From a virus, in the IMG/VR virus record IMGVR_UViG_3300033181_000072, positions 4,279-68,278 of that record: DNA of 64,000 bases; one strand, written 5' to 3'. The position numbers and the translations under genes are program-made. This document shows positions 17,058-27,600 of this stretch, piece after piece. The notes under the pieces are model-generated. The model made no database searches. It was given only the letters and a program-made list of their open reading frames with translations, and had not been told where the DNA came from. Positions within the stretch are counted from its first letter, which is position 1; each line of letters opens with the position of its first letter.

Positions 17058-17654
17058 ATGCGTTCTAATCCTATCATCACCAAAGTCTGTCCAAACTGTG
17101 GCGCGATGTTTGTATGGCGAGACACCCCTTCCCGTCAACGTCGATACTGTAGTATCGTTTGCCAGCATGTCGGTCTTCGCAGCCAAGAGGCCGATGTCTG
17201 GAACCGTATCGAACGTGGCAATGGGTGCTGGCCTTGGAAGGGGGCGAGATCCATCCGTGGGGGATACGGCACTTTGAATTACAAAGGACGCCTGTGGCCC
17301 GCACACCGGTTAGTGTGGGCGCTAACACATCCAAACGATCCGCTCCCGGAAGTCGTAATGCATACCTGCGACAATCCTCCCTGCTGCCGTCCTGATCACC
17401 TGATCGCCGGTACCCACTTGCTAAACGTGCATGATAAATGCGCAAAAGGTCGAGCGAACCTTCCCACACCTGAGAAACGCCTACGGGGCATGCAACAGAG
17501 TCTCGCAAAACTTAATGATGACCAGATACGCGAGATACGAGCGCGCTACCTCAACGGTGAGTCTTCCCCGAAGTTAGCCCACGAATACGGCGTGAATCAT
17601 ACGCTCATCTTACGTATTCACCACCATAAAGTATGGGCGCACGTTACCGATTAG
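17058..17654 (+). CDS. Free-standing HNH homing endonuclease (antisense to late operon)
   Basis: CPNC...CSIVC, GCWPW, AHRLVW, HTCDNPPCCRPDHL...NVHD and C-terminal HTH; GGAGG SD. Confidence 0.88.
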   Translation: MRSNPIITKVCPNCGAMFVWRDTPSRQRRYCSIVCQHVGLRSQEADVWNRIERGNGCWPWKGARSIRGGYGTLNYKGRLWPAHRLVWALTHPNDPLPEVVMHTCDNPPCCRPDHLIAGTHLLNVHDKCAKGRANLPTPEKRLRGMQQSLAKLNDDQIREIRARYLNGESSPKLAHEYGVNHTLILRIHHHKVWAHVTD

Positions 17655-18271
17655 TTAGAAAAACTTGCTGTTGGGGTCAATGTGTCGCCGGAAATCAGTG
17701 ATGCACTGGTGGGGAACAAGTCTTCCAATAGCAGGTTTGACCCGGCTACGGTCACGCTATCAAAAAGTCCGAGGCCGTAGACGACTCCAGTTCCCGATGC
17801 CGTGAAGGTGTTGCTGATATTGCGCGTAAACTGTCCACCCAATGCACCCGGAGCGGTGTAGGTGCCGAGGGTACCCAGGACGCGGGCTAGACCAATTGAA
17901 GCGTACTCGTTGGTCGTAACACCACCCGTAGCGCTCCCGAGTGACAGGTCGGTTTTGGTTTTTGTTACCGCCGCACTCATGAGACCAATAGCTTTGAATG
18001 CCATGGATGTACTACCGAACAACGCAAGATCTTGGCGGACTGCTCCCTGGTCGACGCGTTCGTTTGCTGAGATGCTGTGCCAGATCAGCTCCATCTTCTC
18101 GATGCTGCCATCGCTGCGCCGCTTCGGGCGGTGCTGTTTGGCTACGACCACACACGTCTCACCGAGCGATGCGGGACGGGTCACGCGACCGGGCAGGGAG
18201 ACAGCACGCGCCAGGTGCCTGGGGAGGAGGATGTTGCCGAGATCGGGGTCGCGATAGAGTACGGCTGCCAC
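17651..18271 (-). CDS. Minor tail/fibre-associated structural protein
   Basis: C-terminal GLFDSVTVAGSNLL...SLISGDTLT motif common in phage tail genes. Confidence 0.55.
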   Translation of the reverse strand: MAAVLYRDPDLGNILLPRHLARAVSLPGRVTRPASLGETCVVVAKQHRPKRRSDGSIEKMELIWHSISANERVDQGAVRQDLALFGSTSMAFKAIGLMSAAVTKTKTDLSLGSATGGVTTNEYASIGLARVLGTLGTYTAPGALGGQFTRNISNTFTASGTGVVYGLGLFDSVTVAGSNLLLEDLFPTSASLISGDTLTPTASFSN

Positions 18272-18783
18272 TAGACTACCTCCGCTTTGAAGCCCTGCCA
18301 GAACTCAACCTGACTCGTGTCAACCTCAAACTCACTGCCTGCAGCATGCTGCACGAGGCCAAACGCGCCGATGATGTCCTCGGTAGCACGCATACGCACG
18401 CCTGTGCCCTGCTTGATGGGGAATCGGGCATGGAGTGCGCTGTGGAGACGGTCCCAGCACTGCGTGAGGTCTTCCATCGCCTGCTCTGCCACGGCCATCG
18501 CTGATGCCTCGTGCTGGTCGATGATGCCGTCGTCAATGACGACCTTCAGGTACGCCTCGACGGCCGCTTTCGTGCTGTCGCAGAGCAGGCTGAACTCATT
18601 GCCCGCCTCAACCGGATCGTGCTTCTCACGCGTGAGGCCGTGTGTCAGCCAGTAGTCCACGTCGGCGAACGCTACCGTGACTGGACGCCCATCCTGGCTA
18701 TAGAGTTCGACGGGTGGCGGGTTGTTGACCACGGCATCTGCGGCAGTGGTGACGGGGACGCTTTGCTCGGGGAGATCGCTCAT
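18271..18783 (-). CDS. Hypothetical protein (170 aa)
   Basis: AGAAAGG SD, stop overlaps next start. Confidence 0.55.
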   Translation of the reverse strand: MSDLPEQSVPVTTAADAVVNNPPPVELYSQDGRPVTVAFADVDYWLTHGLTREKHDPVEAGNEFSLLCDSTKAAVEAYLKVVIDDGIIDQHEASAMAVAEQAMEDLTQCWDRLHSALHARFPIKQGTGVRMRATEDIIGAFGLVQHAAGSEFEVDTSQVEFWQGFKAEVV

Positions 18784-18797
18784 CGTGGGCCTTTCTG

Positions 18798-18834
18798 CAC
18801 AACAAAAAAGGACCAGCCAGGAATGGTGGTCCTT
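18798..18834 (-). terminator. Rho-independent terminator
   Basis: AAGGACCA/TGGTCCTT stem followed by T6 on - strand. Confidence 0.7.
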
Positions 18835-18858
18835 GCGGGAAGCAGGGAATGCTGTGGC

Positions 18859-20274
18859 TTACACGTCGTCGCTGAACGTGGCACGCCACGCGAAGGACGG
18901 CGCGGTGGTCACCGCAGCCGCCGCGAGACGAATGGTGAAGGCCGTGTTCGTGATCGTGTCCGCCCAGTAGCGTTGCTGGGGGTCGGTCGTCGGGGTCAGG
19001 CTGATCCGTCTCGGCGTCATGCCCATCCCGTGGGTCACGACCACTGAGGCCGCTGCTACCGCCACAGATGCAACGCCGGACGCCATATCGCGCATGAGCA
19101 GGGCAGATCCAAGATTGTCGTTGACGACACGGTTCCCCTTCAGGATCGTGGTGGCCTGCGTCGCGTTGATGTAACCACTGCCCAACGTCCCTTGCTGGTG
19201 GAGGCTGTTGTCGTAAATCATATTGTTGACGGTGTTGTTGCCATAGTCGTCATTGTCGTCAATGAACCACTTGGTTTGCCCGTTCGTCCCGTGGGAGATG
19301 ATGGTGTTGTGATGAATATTGTTCCCGCTTGCGCCGTAGTTGAGCGTGACACCACAGGCACTATTGGCCGCTGCGCCTGTCCCAATGAGGAACATCGCGT
19401 TATCGTGGACGTCGTTGTTATTGCCCGTCACGCGGATGTTGTGACCACTGAGCGAGTCGAATACGTTGTTTGCGATGCGCCCGCGACTACCCCCCGTCTG
19501 GATGCCCACCTGACCGTTGACAAACGCATTGTTCGTGATGGAGTTATTGCCCACAACATTGTCAATAATGTGCGCTTTGCCGTTAAATTCCAGATAGTTG
19601 CTGTGGATGCTGTTTTCCTCAGCATCGTGGAGATTGAACCCAAAACCGCTGTTTGCCGCATCAGGGCTGTTCTGGCCCAGGGTGACCAGACAACTGTGGA
19701 TCTCATTCTCCCACGGATGTGCCCCGGTACCGGTGTTCACCGGAAGATCGATCCCTGCGGTATAGCAGGACACCATGAACACGTGATGTACGACGCAACG
19801 GTTCGCACCGGGCATGATAATGCCACCGCTCGCAGCAGCACCAGCAGCGAGGCCACCGTTTTGCCCCCCGGAGTTGCCGTCAATCGTGAAGCTACTAATC
19901 TCGATGCCCTGTGCATTATTACTGCCTGTGGGATCGGGAATGAGCGTGACGGCCCAGCAGTTTGCGCCATTGACAAGCCGCATCCGTGTGCCCCAGCCTG
20001 TCCCGTGCAACGACTGGAAGCTTGCCACGTTGATGGTCCCACCGAGGCTGTAGTCGCCCTCAGTCAGAAGGACTTTGCCGCCCTTCTGACCAGCGTTGTT
20101 GACGGGCAATGCCGCGAGCGCCGCATTGATCGTGGTTTGGTCGTTGGTGCCAGTGCAGACATAATCAGCACGTGATGGGTTTTTGGCATTGCTGGCAGCG
20201 ACAACGAGCGTGGGGCCACCGGACTTTTGCGCCGTCGCCGTCGTTGTGGAGGGAACCGAGTTAAAGTAGGGCAT
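18859..20274 (-). CDS. Tailspike/depolymerase with parallel beta-helix (pectate lyase-like)
   Basis: ADYVCTGTNDQTTINAAL and GGKVLLTEGDY N-terminal motif; many N-rich beta-helix repeats. Confidence 0.8.
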   Translation of the reverse strand: MPYFNSVPSTTTATAQKSGGPTLVVAASNAKNPSRADYVCTGTNDQTTINAALAALPVNNAGQKGGKVLLTEGDYSLGGTINVASFQSLHGTGWGTRMRLVNGANCWAVTLIPDPTGSNNAQGIEISSFTIDGNSGGQNGGLAAGAAASGGIIMPGANRCVVHHVFMVSCYTAGIDLPVNTGTGAHPWENEIHSCLVTLGQNSPDAANSGFGFNLHDAEENSIHSNYLEFNGKAHIIDNVVGNNSITNNAFVNGQVGIQTGGSRGRIANNVFDSLSGHNIRVTGNNNDVHDNAMFLIGTGAAANSACGVTLNYGASGNNIHHNTIISHGTNGQTKWFIDDNDDYGNNTVNNMIYDNSLHQQGTLGSGYINATQATTILKGNRVVNDNLGSALLMRDMASGVASVAVAAASVVVTHGMGMTPRRISLTPTTDPQQRYWADTITNTAFTIRLAAAAVTTAPSFAWRATFSDDV

Positions 20275-20804
20275 TACAACCGACCTTCCACGAAGATGTT
20301 GTTGTCGGTCGTGCCATTGATATTTGTGGGCGCGGTGCTGTAGATATGGAGGACTGTACAGGGGATGTCGTCGCCGTACGCTCCACCGTTTTCGTAGACG
20401 GCTTCGCTCCCGAGACTTGCTGGCGCATCCCGTTTGATGTAAATGCGCGTCCCGCTCTTGTTCTGTACGCGGAGATGCCGCACCTGACTCGCAAACGTCA
20501 GCAGCGTATCCGCGTTCGCCGTCAGCGCTGTTGGAGGTGCCGAGAGCGCGACTTCCGCGCCTGCGGACGGATTGACGACGGTAGAACCGACCGTGCGAAC
20601 GACCAGGCCGTACTCGGTGCCTCCTGGTGTTCCGGCAATCACCGCCGCTAACTCTGCCGGATTGGCCCCGGCAATGCGGTGACGCTCGCGGTGAACGGGC
20701 TGGCCGTTGACGAGCACCGGTTGACCGTTGACGGTCAGTTGCTCGGTATCAAGGTTAGGGCCTATCTGTGCCCCACCGGGCATTTGGATCGTGCCGTCAG
20801 CCAT
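20274..20804 (-). CDS. Virion structural hypothetical protein
   Basis: 176 aa, beta-rich, stop overlaps next start. Confidence 0.55.
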   Translation of the reverse strand: MADGTIQMPGGAQIGPNLDTEQLTVNGQPVLVNGQPVHRERHRIAGANPAELAAVIAGTPGGTEYGLVVRTVGSTVVNPSAGAEVALSAPPTALTANADTLLTFASQVRHLRVQNKSGTRIYIKRDAPASLGSEAVYENGGAYGDDIPCTVLHIYSTAPTNINGTTDNNIFVEGRL

Positions 20805-20825
20805 GGTGTCTCCGTTGTGCTGTGG

Positions 20826-20861
20826 ACAACAAAAAAGGGCCGATTACATGTGACGGTCCTT
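20826..20861 (-). terminator. Rho-independent terminator
   Basis: AAGGACCG/CGGCCCTT stem followed by T6 on - strand. Confidence 0.65.
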
Positions 20862-20890
20862 TCAGGTGCGGGGAGAGAGGTACGAGACCC

Positions 20891-21214
20891 TCAAGGCCGC
20901 GCCGCTTTCGCCGAGCGGAATCGCTTACCCACCTCTTCCTGCGCAAGGGGTAGCGTCGATGCGACCCCGATTGCTACCAAGTAATAGGCGTGAACCAGCT
21001 GCGTCTCAGGACCGCCCGCCAGCGGGACCGTACTCTGCGCGGTAAAGGTGCAGCCAGCATCCGTGCAGTGCATCATCGGCGTTTGGAGGAAGGCGGAGTT
21101 ATCAGTGCCGTCCACGTGCTTGGTGTACGACGCGGCCGTCATCGGGATGTGAAAGTGATGCTCGTTGTATTCAAGATCCACCATGTCATCGGTGTTTAAG
21201 CGTGCTGCGCGCAT
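20891..21214 (-). CDS. Hypothetical protein (107 aa)
   Basis: GGAG SD; co-oriented in tail region. Confidence 0.5.
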   Translation of the reverse strand: MRAARLNTDDMVDLEYNEHHFHIPMTAASYTKHVDGTDNSAFLQTPMMHCTDAGCTFTAQSTVPLAGGPETQLVHAYYLVAIGVASTLPLAQEEVGKRFRSAKAARP

Positions 21215-21231
21215 GGGAGTCTCCTCCGTGA

Positions 21232-22545
21232 TCAGATATTGGCCTCGGCGGTCACCGTATAGTTGATCGCGTAGCAGTCTCCGGGAGCCGCAGCGGTCAG
21301 CTCAAAGCGAGCCCCCGTCGTCGATGCATTGGGGATGTTCAGGGTGCCAATGTTTGCATTGGATCCTGGGGTGATGGTGATGGTCGGTACGACGACTTTG
21401 GCATGTCGCCAGTAGACCGGGGTGTCCAGGACGTTCCCGGCGGCCGCTGCCGTGAATCGGGCACTCGCCTGGGTGACTTCGTAGTACCGTTCACAGCGTG
21501 CAAGGATATCGGCAATCGGTGGAGGCGTGTAGGCGAGCGGGAGCACTCCCACCGCAGTCGTCACCTTGCCCACGTACATCGTGGCTCCGGGAGGACACGA
21601 GATTGATATATCCAACGTGTTCACAGAGCCGCCCAGCACCCGCGTACAGGTAATCGTCTCCCACATGTTAGTTCGGAGACTGGGGGAGCCGTTGGTCTGG
21701 GTTGCTCCGTTTCCATTCTCGGTGATGTTTACGGTAGCGCCCGGAATGTTGGAGAAGACGCGAGCACTCACGGTCACGGGAACGCCCCGGAGGACATTGG
21801 GTGCTTCGATGCGCTGCTGGACGCCGGCATAGGGAGACGTCCCCGAAGTGAATACGATCTTCGCTGACGTCTGGGAGAGAAAGTCACACGTCACGGTGTC
21901 GAGGGAGACCGCCACGCTGCCGGTACCTGCGGCCAAGAGAACTTGCCACCGATCGGCAGCATACGCCCCATGGGTCGTGAACGGGCCATTTCCGCGCTGC
22001 CAGATCTCGAATCCCCCATTGATCAACAGATTGGTGCGCGGACTGGTATTCCCGACGGGAGCGACGGCATAGGCGCGGAGATCACCGACCACATTCGCAT
22101 CGGTCAGTGACGTTTGCCCAGCATTGATCCGGATGTTGTACAGGGGAAGTTCCCAACGGGTCGCGGATTGACTGAGACCGGGAATCGCGGGCGTCGCGCC
22201 AACAGAGGTGGTAGGAGTGCCCTGCAGGATCGCGTAGTCACACGTCTGCGCGCTTTCATCCAGTCGAATCACCACGGTATCGATCCGGGGGTACGTCGGA
22301 TCTGCGGGCGCAAACACGAGGTTGGTCTGCGGGGATGCATCATCCGTAAAATAGTGACCGTTGATCCAGGCAGCACCCGCCCCCATCCCTGCGGTCATAT
22401 TGCCATTGGTACAGCGCAGGCTGAATTCCGCGCCGTTCCCGGCAATCACCCCTGACTGGAGCCAGAGACTTGCCATACTCGTCCACTGGCCTTCACCGAT
22501 ATTGGAGCCCGGGCCCGAGGCAAACGGCCAACTGGATCTGCCCAC
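21232..22545 (-). CDS. Minor tail protein / receptor-binding protein with galactose-binding-like domain
   Basis: ADPTYPRIDTVV, WELPL and NLLINGGFEIWQRG motifs; position after hub gene. Confidence 0.75.
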   Translation of the reverse strand: MGRSSWPFASGPGSNIGEGQWTSMASLWLQSGVIAGNGAEFSLRCTNGNMTAGMGAGAAWINGHYFTDDASPQTNLVFAPADPTYPRIDTVVIRLDESAQTCDYAILQGTPTTSVGATPAIPGLSQSATRWELPLYNIRINAGQTSLTDANVVGDLRAYAVAPVGNTSPRTNLLINGGFEIWQRGNGPFTTHGAYAADRWQVLLAAGTGSVAVSLDTVTCDFLSQTSAKIVFTSGTSPYAGVQQRIEAPNVLRGVPVTVSARVFSNIPGATVNITENGNGATQTNGSPSLRTNMWETITCTRVLGGSVNTLDISISCPPGATMYVGKVTTAVGVLPLAYTPPPIADILARCERYYEVTQASARFTAAAAGNVLDTPVYWRHAKVVVPTITITPGSNANIGTLNIPNASTTGARFELTAAAPGDCYAINYTVTAEANI

Positions 22546-22547
22546 GT

Positions 22548-23675
22548 TTATCTCCTTTGGAGCAAGCTCAGTTGGGCTTGCAGGTGACTGAAACGGGAAA
22601 AGAAGCCGAGCCGGTGGCGCATGCCGGGGGTGCCGATCACCGGTGCGATGATCTCCCCGCGCTGGGCATCGAGCGTGATGCCGACCTCGCGGATCACGTC
22701 CTGGATCGTCTCTCCATCGATACGCACGGTCACGCGATCACCGAGGCTGAAGTCCCGACCGAACTGCAGTGCATCCGTGAGCGCCGGGGTCACTTGCAGT
22801 TCATACTGCTCCGCGTGCTCTGAAAGTGCCGTGGCGATAGCCTGCACGAGTTCCGTCGTGGTGGCGACATCCCTGCGGTCGAGGAACGTCTCAATCCTTC
22901 CCCATTCCGCGATGCTGTCCGTATCCCCTAGTTCGGCGAAGGTGCGGAGGATGCCCTCTCCCTGCCCTCCTGCGATGATGTAGTTCGTCTGCGCGTTGTT
23001 CCGGACGTAGTCGAAGCCGTCCAGAGTCCCGAGTTCGACCGAAAACACCGTGGTGTCGGACCGGTCGGCCGTCTGGTACGTGTCGAAGATCAGCGTATCC
23101 TCGCCCTGGCGCACCTGACAGCCCAGATCACCACCGCTGAGCGCGAGATCCGTGATGAGCGTCAGCAGGTTCACGAATCGTGCGCGTCCCGAGATCACAA
23201 GTCCCCGGTGCTGATCGGGCGCGAGCGTCAGGCCAGGAACCTGGCGTGCCGGGGGCGCCGTCGGTCCGGCATTGTCGGAGACATACCCCTTGATCACGGT
23301 CTCCGCAGCGCCCTGCCGAATATCGGCCTCCTGACCGGCATAGGGTGGTCCACCGGGAACGGGGGCCGCCAGATGATCGTTGAACCAGACCAGATCATCG
23401 GGTCCGGACAACTCATAAGTATTGGTTGCCCCGGCGAGTTGCCGACGGAAGTGCCGCATCGGGCCACTGATGAGGGGAAGGTCGTTGCGGGTGACGATGA
23501 TCCCATTGCCCGCGACCAGGAGTGTGTGCAGGCGCTCCTGCACGGGGACGGTGAGTTGCCAAAAGCCGACCTGATTGAAACGTGGCTTGAACGTCGCGGT
23601 GGTGAAGGTGTCCAGTTCGGCGAGTCGTCGCCCGTACCGATCACGGATGAAGACATGATACCGTGGGATGCTCAT
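22548..23675 (-). CDS. Baseplate hub / Tal-like protein (siphovirus ReqiPepy6 Gp37-like)
   Basis: RFNQVGFWQL, NYIIAGGQGEG and FGRDFSLGDRVTV motifs; follows Dit. Confidence 0.75.
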   Translation of the reverse strand: MSIPRYHVFIRDRYGRRLAELDTFTTATFKPRFNQVGFWQLTVPVQERLHTLLVAGNGIIVTRNDLPLISGPMRHFRRQLAGATNTYELSGPDDLVWFNDHLAAPVPGGPPYAGQEADIRQGAAETVIKGYVSDNAGPTAPPARQVPGLTLAPDQHRGLVISGRARFVNLLTLITDLALSGGDLGCQVRQGEDTLIFDTYQTADRSDTTVFSVELGTLDGFDYVRNNAQTNYIIAGGQGEGILRTFAELGDTDSIAEWGRIETFLDRRDVATTTELVQAIATALSEHAEQYELQVTPALTDALQFGRDFSLGDRVTVRIDGETIQDVIREVGITLDAQRGEIIAPVIGTPGMRHRLGFFSRFSHLQAQLSLLQRR

Positions 23676-24664
23676 GCGCCCAGATACCGGAGACGGTAAC
23701 GCAGCGTCATGCGCGTCTCGCCCGTGACTCCCCCTGCTTCCATCTGGAGTGCGTTGCTGCCGATCACCAGCGGCCAGAGTGTTGAGTCGGCGCTGAGTGT
23801 CCGAAAGAGCGAGGTGCCCGCTCCATCCCACACGGACTTGCTGCCCGGCGTGGTATCAATCGTGAGTTGCGTGAAGGAGGGGAGCGTCAGCCGAAGTTTC
23901 AGGTACGCTCCGGTGGTCAGATTCCGTAGGACCGGATCAATGGCGGGTCCGGTGAGCGTCCAGATGGGCCACGCCTCCGCATCCCCGGTGTTGATCAGGG
24001 TGTCCGTCGCAAAGACGGTGCTGCCCCCGAGACGGAGTGGGAAGAACGGGAAGAACGTGGCAGATGCGCCGTTCCCGTACCTTTTCGTGATCGGGACGGC
24101 CGCGTACCAGTAGGGATCCGCCGCCCAGAGAACGACACCGAAGCGTTGCCACTCGACGCCGTCCGTGTCGGCACCCCCGCGCCCCTGGAGCCCATCCGCA
24201 TACCGACAGGTCAACTGTCGTTCACTGCCGTCTGGTGCAATCAGTCGGAGGAGGCCGTCACCGCGCGTGCTGTCAAACCACGTGAGCACACTCCGGAGTG
24301 TTGACCAGAGTGCACCCCGATTCGCCGCATACACGAGTAACGGGAGCATGAGTTGACGTGCGCTTATGCGGGCCTGACGCAAACGCGCACCCGGCTGAAA
24401 AGGCAGTTCGTCATGGGCGAGCATCACGGGAGGCATCCAGAGACCTTGCTGTCCGCGTTCTATTTGGAACTGTGCTTGCCCACTCAGCGAATGGTCCGTT
24501 CCCAACGCGTCTCGCCAGATCATGACTTCACCGGGAGATGTCGTGACCGCCGCTGTGGTGGTTGAAGCTGCGGTGGTCGTTGAGGATGTGGTCGTGGACG
24601 TCGTTGTGGTGGTTGCGGGTGTCGTGCCCCAGCCACTCAGCCAGAAATCGAGGATTGCCGCCAT
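23672..24664 (-). CDS. Distal tail protein (Dit)
   Basis: ADPYWY, NTGDAEAWP and LWPLVIGSN motifs; directly after tape measure. Confidence 0.8.
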   Translation of the reverse strand: MAAILDFWLSGWGTTPATTTTTSTTTSSTTTAASTTTAAVTTSPGEVMIWRDALGTDHSLSGQAQFQIERGQQGLWMPPVMLAHDELPFQPGARLRQARISARQLMLPLLVYAANRGALWSTLRSVLTWFDSTRGDGLLRLIAPDGSERQLTCRYADGLQGRGGADTDGVEWQRFGVVLWAADPYWYAAVPITKRYGNGASATFFPFFPLRLGGSTVFATDTLINTGDAEAWPIWTLTGPAIDPVLRNLTTGAYLKLRLTLPSFTQLTIDTTPGSKSVWDGAGTSLFRTLSADSTLWPLVIGSNALQMEAGGVTGETRMTLRYRLRYLGA

Positions 24665-24685
24665 GCGTCGTCGCTCCTCGTCGTG

Positions 24686-27600
24686 TTACTGGTAGAGCAA
24701 GTCGCGTTGTGCGAGGACGGTCCGCACCTCGCGGGCAACATCAGCCATGCCGACACCGCTAATGTTCACGTTGTTGGTCGGGCGACGCATCATCGCATCA
24801 GCAACAGCGTCTCCCAGTCGCTCATAATCCACCTCGCTCCGCCCCCCGGTCCCTGATGACGGCAACGCGGGCTGCCCGGCTGCTGCTCTCGTGACTGAGT
24901 TGAGCATCCGCTCGACGTCTCCATACCCCATCCCGATGTCGGAGAGCGCACGGCTGGTTGCCTGTGAGATCACCATTTCATCAGAGTGGAGATAGGCGAG
25001 TCCGTCGGTCGCCGTCTGGCCGCCCAAAAGGAACGGCTCGACGTAACCGAGCAGGCTGGCGTGATTGACCTGAAGGTAGTCGCTGATGGACATATCCTGC
25101 ACGCCGCCGTGCAGGGCGGACCGCATCATGCCGTTGCCCTCGTACACGCCCACGTGGCCGTTCTTCCCCCACTCGAAATAGACGAGGTCGCCGGGGCGCT
25201 GTGGGTAGCCGGAGTGCGCGGCTCCCCGCTCATCCCACCGTCCCCAGGCATCGATAGCCGAGGAACCCCGCCAGCCGACCCCGGCCACATCCTCGACATA
25301 AGTTTCGCAAAAGGACTGGTCGCCGTCCCAGTATTTACTGATACCCGTACCACCGGTGACCCGTGCGGCTGCGGCGATCTGGTCACCGCGCGCGTTGTTC
25401 ACGCCGTCAGCCTGACTGCCGCCTGCGCCGAACGGTGGCCCCATGCCCGCACCCACGCCCGCATTCGCCAGGGCTGCATCCGTTGCCTGCTTCTTCCACT
25501 CCGCCTGAGCGTTGTCTTTGCCGTAGGTGCCTTCCCAGATCTTCCGGTCCGCCTCCGGGAAGGCACCGATATTGGCGGCGGCTGCGTGGCGTGTGGCTGG
25601 CCCTGGTCCTGGTCCTGGTCCTGACCCCAGCAGCGATGCCTGGTATGCCGCGGCGCTGTACGCCTTTTCCAGCGCGTTCGCCTGGGTGATCATGCTGCTC
25701 ATACTGTCATTGGCCGTACCCGCGTAGGACTGCCACGCCTGGCCCATGGTGGTGAGGCCCTCTTTGGTCTGTTTCGCCTGGTCGTCGATCTGCTCAACCG
25801 CGAGTCGGTGCGTTTCGGCTTGAGCGGTTCTGACCTCGGCATAGTGGACATGGATGGCCTCAAGGCGTTTGCCGAACGTGAAGTCTTGTTGCTTTTTCTC
25901 GTCGTTCAGCTGTTCGATGGCCGCCTTGCCGGTCTTGTCGATCGCATCACGGCGACCTTCAAAATAGAGTTTGGTCTGGTTCTGGGCAACGACATAGTCG
26001 TTATCCCGAACGATCTTCTCTTTCTCTAGCGCGTCCTTGCGGTTGAGATACGTCTGCTCCGCCTGGCGCTGTTGCAAGAGATAATGATCGGCTTCCGCCT
26101 GGCGCTCTTTGATGATTTGGTCGAGCCTGGCGTCTCGGTCTTTGGTGTACTGCTCGATCAGGCCACGGACCTGCTCTTTTTTGGCGTTGAGGGCGTCGAT
26201 CTGGGCCTGCCTAAACGCCTTGAGTTGATCCTGAAGTACCTGCAGGTCATGTTTGGCTGTCTGCTCGATCTCGAACTTGAGAGCCGCCTGATGGTCTTTA
26301 AAGCGGGTGAGCCGGTCTTGTAAATCCTGCACGTGATACTTGGACGTCTGCGACACCTCGAAGCGCTCAGTTGCCTGCTCATCCTTGAATCGTGTGAGCG
26401 CGTCGCGAATATCATCAGTCCGATGCTTCGCCGTCTGCTCGACCTCGTATTTCAGCGCGGCCTGGTGGTCTTTGAAACGCGTCAGTTCCTCGTGCAGCGC
26501 GTCCGTCTGGCGTTTCGCGGTACGCTCGATTTCATCACGGCGAGCGGTCTGCGTATCTTTGAACTGCTGCACTTCCTGATGCAGTGCGTCCGTCTGTGCC
26601 TTCGTGGTGAGTTCGAGCTGAACCTTCCGCTGCGCCTCGCCGTCCTTGAACGCCTTGAGCTGGTCGGCGATCCCCTGTTTCTGTGCGGCAGTCTGTTGGC
26701 GGATACCCTCGATCTGATCTTTGATCGCCTCTTCCTGGCGTGCCAGTCGGTCACGGCGCATGAGGTCGGCAGCCTGGGCGTCGATCTTAGCAATATCGGC
26801 GGCGAGTTTCTCCGCGTGGGCCACGTCGCCCTCATTGAGTGCGCCATGATACTGCTGAAGCAACACACCTGCTGGCGCCCCCACCCGTTTCGCCAGCGCC
26901 TCTTCTTCACGCTGCTGGCTGTCCGTACGCTTGAGCACATCCTGCTGCGCCTTGAGCGCATCGATCCGTGCCGCCGCCGCTGCATCGATCTGTCGCAGTT
27001 GTTCCTGCGCCTGGCGATCCTGGGCCTTGATCTGCTCATCGATGGCGTGGAGTTGGGCGGTTTTCGCCTCGTCGATGGCTCTAATCTCGCGCGCTTTGCC
27101 TTCCTCGAACTCGTGGGTCTGCTCGTTGATCGCGCGGAGTTGCTCCGCTTTCGTTTCCTCAATGGCCTTGATTTCCCTCGCCTTGGCTTCGTCGAAGCTC
27201 CGGGTCTGCTCTTCGAGAGCGTGCAGGTCAGCGGTCTTGCGCTCTTCGATACCCCGAAGTTCCCGTGCCTGATCTTCCTCGTACGCCTTCGCGCGCACCT
27301 CCATGTCGTGCAGGTGCTTCGCCGTCGCGGCCTCAGTGTCGCGGATCTCCCTGGCGGTGGACTCCTCACGTCCCCGCGTTTCCTCGTCAAGTGCGTGCAG
27401 CCGCGTCTCTTTGCCCAATTCGATCAGGCGTGTCTGCCCGGTGATCCCGGCTTCTTCTGACTGCAACGCGTGCTGCTGGTCGGCCTCGAACAGCCGCAGC
27501 GATTCCTGCGCCTCATGCTCCTGCTGCGTGAACGCCTTGCGGGCTGCTTCGGCCCGTCCCTCGAACGCGCGAACGGCGCTCTCGTGGATGTCGTGGTCAG

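Noticed and set aside
14450-17654. Group I introns around the antisense HNH genes
   Set aside because: HNH genes are antisense, flanking genes have complete ends, and no intron core could be recognised by eye
12208-24664. Diversity-generating retroelement acting on tail fibres
   Set aside because: No reverse transcriptase and no TR/VR-like repeat pair differing at adenines was seen
25604-25625. CCTGGT triple repeat in the tape measure gene
   Set aside because: Simply encodes a GPGPGP hinge
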